Assembly (NCBI GenBank): GCA_034780895.1
Contig: JAUZTB010000064.1
Coordinates: 72,426,442-72,490,441, forward strand
Direction: 5' to 3'
Origin: Rhynchobatus australiae
Lineage: Eukaryota
Length of the DNA stretch: 64,000 nt
The position numbers and the translations under genes are program-made. Below the pieces are notes generated by a model. That model saw only the letters and a list, made by a program, of their open reading frames with translations, ran no database searches and was not told the DNA's origin. This document shows, piece after piece, positions 59,259 to 64,000 of the stretch (the stretch's first letter is position 1; the number at the start of each line of letters is the position of its first letter).

Positions 59259-61552
59259 GTAAAAAAAAGACAGCTGCAACGAGTGATAATCTCCAGCNNN
59301 NNNNNNNNNNNNNNNNNNNNNNNNNNNNNNNNNNNNNNNNNNNNNNNNNNNNNNNNNNNNNNNNNNNNNNNNNNNNNNNNNNNNNNNNNNNNNNNNNCGA
59401 GTGATAATCTCCAGCCTTGTGATTCTGTATTGTCATTTGTTTCTGAGCTTCCATGGAAATTGTATCAGAATCTTTTACATTTTAATCCTAAAACTTGCAG
59501 TAACTGTACGTGAATAAATTTATAAATGTGGACTACATATTTAAGAGATATTTAGCTTCTGTTTATAAGTTGCATAAGTATTTATAGTGTATTTTGTTTT
59601 TGATTCCCAATAACTGGCTGAGGCACATTTGCAGATAAAGATTTATTTTTAAAAAGATATGGAAAATGCTTAGCTTCATCAGCTTCAGGATCCTTAGATT
59701 AACCAGTCATTTTGCATGGTGATCTTAAGTAATGGTAAAACATAATCAATTATTGCCCTGTAACAACTATACACTGTAATTCATTCAGAGTAATAGTGGG
59801 TGCTCTTTAGACCACTGTGTACTAAATGTTTGCTGCTATGGAGTAGTGGGTCAACCAGATCCTACAGTCACACTTACTTGGGTTGGATCCAGTGGTCTTT
59901 TTCCCTGGGCTTCTGCACCAAGTCCAATAGCAACATCTTGATGGTGACTAGACTACAACTGCCGTGGTGTGGAGATAGTCCCTCTGAAAAACCCCTTACA
60001 GAAGGCAAAGTTGGGGCCAGAACATTGTCTTCTATGAAAGCTGTAAGTGAATTTAACTATTGCGAAATATCTCTGACATTCAGAAGTTTAATTACTTGCT
60101 TTAGATTTAATGGTTTATAAGTCATTTTTATAAAGTTAACTAAAATATTGAGAAATGTTGAAATCTGAATCACACTCCTTCCAAGTGTTTCTAAGGCAGA
60201 CTTGGGTTTTACTTGATATTCTTTGCCCAATTTTAATTGCCCTCAAGAAATTGGTGGTAGTTTTTGAACCAAAAGTTGAAAGTAGAATTGAAAAATACAC
60301 ACATTGTTGGAAAAGTGCCAGTGTTCCAGCAGTACTCGAACAATTTGGTTATAGGCACAGCTTGCACTATAGCTGTGATGTTGTCTGTCTCATAGCTTTT
60401 CCTACATTGAGTACTGTTGGCTAATTCTAGATATAATGCAGTAAATTTAAATTGGCTTTTTAGCTGAAGATAGCTGGAAATGCATCAGACTTGATCTTGG
60501 CACTCCATAGTTTCTGCCATCATTGAAGATGGGTATGTTCTTCAAGCCACCTCTGCATGTTAGCTCCTAAGTTTCCTATCATCATTCATGACAGTATGTG
60601 GCAGAACTGCAGAGTTTGATTTGATGAGGTGGTTGTGGGATCACATCTCTCTAGTCCATTCTATTTTCACTGTTAGGCATGCGTGAAACCTTTATTACAC
60701 TTCGGTCAGGTTGGCACTTCATTTTTTGATCTGTCTTGTGCTGCTCTTGGCATGTTCTTCTGCACAAGCCCTCAACTGAAGTTGTTGTTGACGGATGGGT
60801 GTGAACATAAGTGGAATACAATACTGCAGGTCCTCCCCAGGTTGCGGCAGGGTTCTGTTCCTGTGAACTGATAGTAACCAGGACAGTTTGCAAGTCGGAA
60901 ATGTGGCCACAAACTCTGTTCCCAGGTGGCAGAAGATGCCTGCAGCAGCCAGCAAATCCAACCCATTGATCTCTCAAATGCTTGTTTGTAGGTATGGGCT
61001 GTTCATAAGTTGGGCGTTTGTAACCTAAGGAGGACTTGTACTACTTGTGGTAACCTATAGACCCTTATGGACCTGTTCCTAATCTATTCCACCACGGTAG
61101 TGCCACAGAACTCAATAAGACTGTGTTCCTGGGGTGGTCTCTCCTACCAGGATGAGAAGCATCATGACAAGTAAATTAGTGAAAAAAAGATCAAGTAGCT
61201 TTATTCCACATTGGTTTTATGGTAGGTGGTGTCGAGAGAATCTTGCCACTATGCTACGCTTGGTGATGAGTTTTTGTCTCCCCTCTCAGCACGTTTTGAA
61301 CCCTCGCCACTCTGCTTCTTAGTGTTATTCCATGTGGAGGAGTACTACTTCATCTATTGAGGAAGGATAGTAGACAATAATTAGCAAGGGTTTTTTCTTG
61401 CTTCTGCATAACCTGATACTGAGAGGCTTCTTTGTGTCTATCATCAGTGATGAGGACTCCCAGGGGCAATGCTTACTCACTTTATACCACAGTGCTGCCA
61501 CCTTGGGTTGGCACACAGCATATTTAGGGGATATGATGGAGTTTGTTGTTGG

Positions 61553-61860
61553 AACATAGAACAGTACACCAGTGTAACATGCCTTTTGGCCCACAGTGTT
61601 ATACAAAACTAATTAAACTACTGATGCCTAATTAAACTAATCCTCCTGCCTGCATTTGGTCTTTATCCCTCCATATTCATGTGCCTGCCTATGAGCTTCT
61701 TAATCTCTTCTATCATCACCACTCTGTGTAAGAAAAACACTCTCATCTTAAATTCCACCCCTCTTGTATTAGATGTAGGACCCTGGGAAAACTATACCGA
61801 CTGTCTATGCTATCAGGTCTCTTCTCAGCCTCCACCGCTCCAAAGAAAACAACCCTATTT
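61553..61860 (-). mobile_element. CR1 LINE 3' tail
   Basis: aacatagaacagtaca...gccttttggcccaca and caccactctgtgtaa antisense CR1 signatures. Confidence 0.6.
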
Positions 61861-63050
61861 GTTATCAAGTAAGACCATGACATCTAGTCTGTGGTACCAT
61901 TATGTGTATGGAGATGGTTGATTAGACTAACTTGGGATTTAAAGTTTCTTTCACACCAGTGAATCTTGATTTTCAAGATTCTCCTTTTCTCTTTGCTTCC
62001 TCACTTTAGCTTCCTCATAAGAGCAAGCACTACTTTTTATGCAGGCATGCCAAACAGGATGATCCACTCTTCAGGGATGTTCTGAAGGAGTGAGTCACTT
62101 TCTGTCCACCACATGATTGTTTGCCCTCAGCTCTCCATAAAGTAGCTGCTTTGATATTATGTCATCAGCCATGTCCTACCCACCTGATCTGTGATCCTTT
62201 CAGCAATTTGTAAATGCTGGGGAGATTTGTTTGGGACGGAATCTGTGTGCCTGGAATCTTGTCTTGCCACTTGATGTGAAGTCTTCTGCACAAACAGGTC
62301 TTGTGGAAATGATTAAGCTGTTTGGTGTATCTGCTGTAAAATGTTCACATCTTACAAGCATAGAATAAAGTGGGTATGGCAACAGCACAATACATCTTCA
62401 TCATTGTCTTGAGGCGGCTTCCTCTTCATTCCTACACTACTACTACTTAATCTTCCAAAAGCAGAGCTGACTTTTGCTATCCTGTTGTTGATTTCATCAT
62501 CAATGTTGACTGAAAGAAACGTTTCTTAGATTGTGGCTTTGTCAGGCTGGTCTGTGAGACAGCTTTGCCAGTTTAGATGTCAGTTCCCTGATGTTGTTGA
62601 GGAAGACTTTGCAAGGTTGATTGGACTGGGAGTAGCATGGCTGTGTCCTAAACAGGTGCCCATCTGGTTTTATTCATCAAATTTGTCAGCCTAAGATTGC
62701 CCAAAGATGTCTGTTCTTAAAATTAGGAAACTTCCTCCCATTGAAAGAGAAGATGCATTTCTACAGGTGAGCTGAAAGGCATGCATTTGTGTTATACCTG
62801 ACCAAGGAAATAATAATTGCTAGCACAGACTCGCTGTAGGCCACAACATTTTATTTTAACTAGAAAATGTCTTGTAAACATATTCATTTAGTGCATTACT
62901 GCAATCATTAAGGTGATCTGACTGGTTTGAATTTTAGTTGCCATTTAATTGAATGTATCATTGTAAGTAACAGATGTAATTACTGGAATTTGAACATTGA
63001 TCACCAAGATGAAACCTTTAAATTTGCCCATTTGTGATGTCTTCTTGCAG

Positions 63051-63128
63051 ATCTGTTTCCAACTGCCTGATTGCTGTGGAGTTTGGAGATTTTTTGTGCA
63101 GCAGCAGAACTGAGAGCAACAAGGAAAG
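63051..63128 (+). CDS. ANAPC4: ANAPC4 exon (SVSNCLIAVEFGDFLCSSRTESNKE); the gene continues in the next gap or beyond the window
   Basis: cag|...AG|gtgaca; matches SVSNGLIAIKFGSF. Confidence 0.92.
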
Positions 63129-64000
63129 GTGACATTCCAGTTTTGTTTCAGTTTAGTCATTTTGGAAATACAACCTCAAATGCACACCATGTGAACTTTG
63201 AGTATCAAGGCAACTATTTCAATTTTGGTATCAGGTTCTGAGTGGGTATGCTCAGTAAAATAGTAGGCCCAGCAGCCCTTCAATCTGCTCCACCACTAAA
63301 TAGGAATTAGGCCAAATTGAGTTAGTCTTCAGCCATAGGTAAAGCTGAATGACAAAACACTGGCACATCTGTAACCCTGCTCCTATCCTGTCCCAGTCAG
63401 GCCTATGGATTCTCAACCTGCAGAGTAGGGCAAAGAAAGTAAGTTCAGTTATTTTTTAATGAAAAACACTAAAAAAAGTGACATTACTATTCATTAGTTT
63501 TTTTTGTAATAATTTAAAGTAAAAGTCAAGTTACAAGAGGTCACAAATCTTCGTCAGGACAAAGAATGCAGTTTGAGTATTGGCCCTTTTAAATAGCATG
63601 GTTTCAAAGGAAACTGAATAAGTAAAAATTAGTTGTTTTGACCAATGAAATTAAAAGTACCACTGGGGATGAATTTACATATTTCATTACNNNNNNNNNN
63701 NNNNNNNNNNNNNNNNNNNNNNNNNNNNNNNNNNNNNNNNNNNNNNNNNNNNNNNNNNNNNNNNNNNNNNNNNNNNNNNNNNNNNNNNNNNNNNNNNNNN
63801 NNNNNNNNNNNNNNNNNNNNNNNNNNNNNNNNNNNNNNNNNNNNNNNNNCTCTTTTATATTGGAGTTGTGCAAAGGAATTTATTGATTTGTATTTCTGCA
63901 CTAAAATACCTGTTTCTGTACTCTGGGGCATCTGGAGAATATGAAAAGTATATAAGTAGGATTTTAAAAATATAGTAGCATATCCACTATCTGAGCTTAA

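Overview
Vertebrate genomic DNA from a gapped draft assembly, most likely a cartilaginous fish (probably a ray), judged from its CR1/HER1-type LINEs, HE1/V-SINE-like SINEs, Rex1-like LINEs and Penelope-like palindromes. The right two-thirds (about 20.2-63.1 kb, + strand) is ANAPC4, anaphase-promoting complex subunit 4. It has a CpG-island promoter, a non-coding first exon and 23 visible coding exons with consistent GT-AG phases; two expected exons probably lie in N gaps and the 3' end is not visible in the window. Two things stand out. (1) A clean, in-phase candidate alternative terminal exon inside an ANAPC4 intron (40503-40715) would give a truncated, acidic-tailed APC4. (2) A decayed multi-exon gene on the - strand (about 18.4 kb down to 2.7 kb) runs head-to-head from the same CpG island. 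It has a Kozak ATG, a signal peptide and a colinear series of motifs resembling the CatSper auxiliary subunit gamma as I recall it. All protein similarities were judged by eye from memory; no searches were run.
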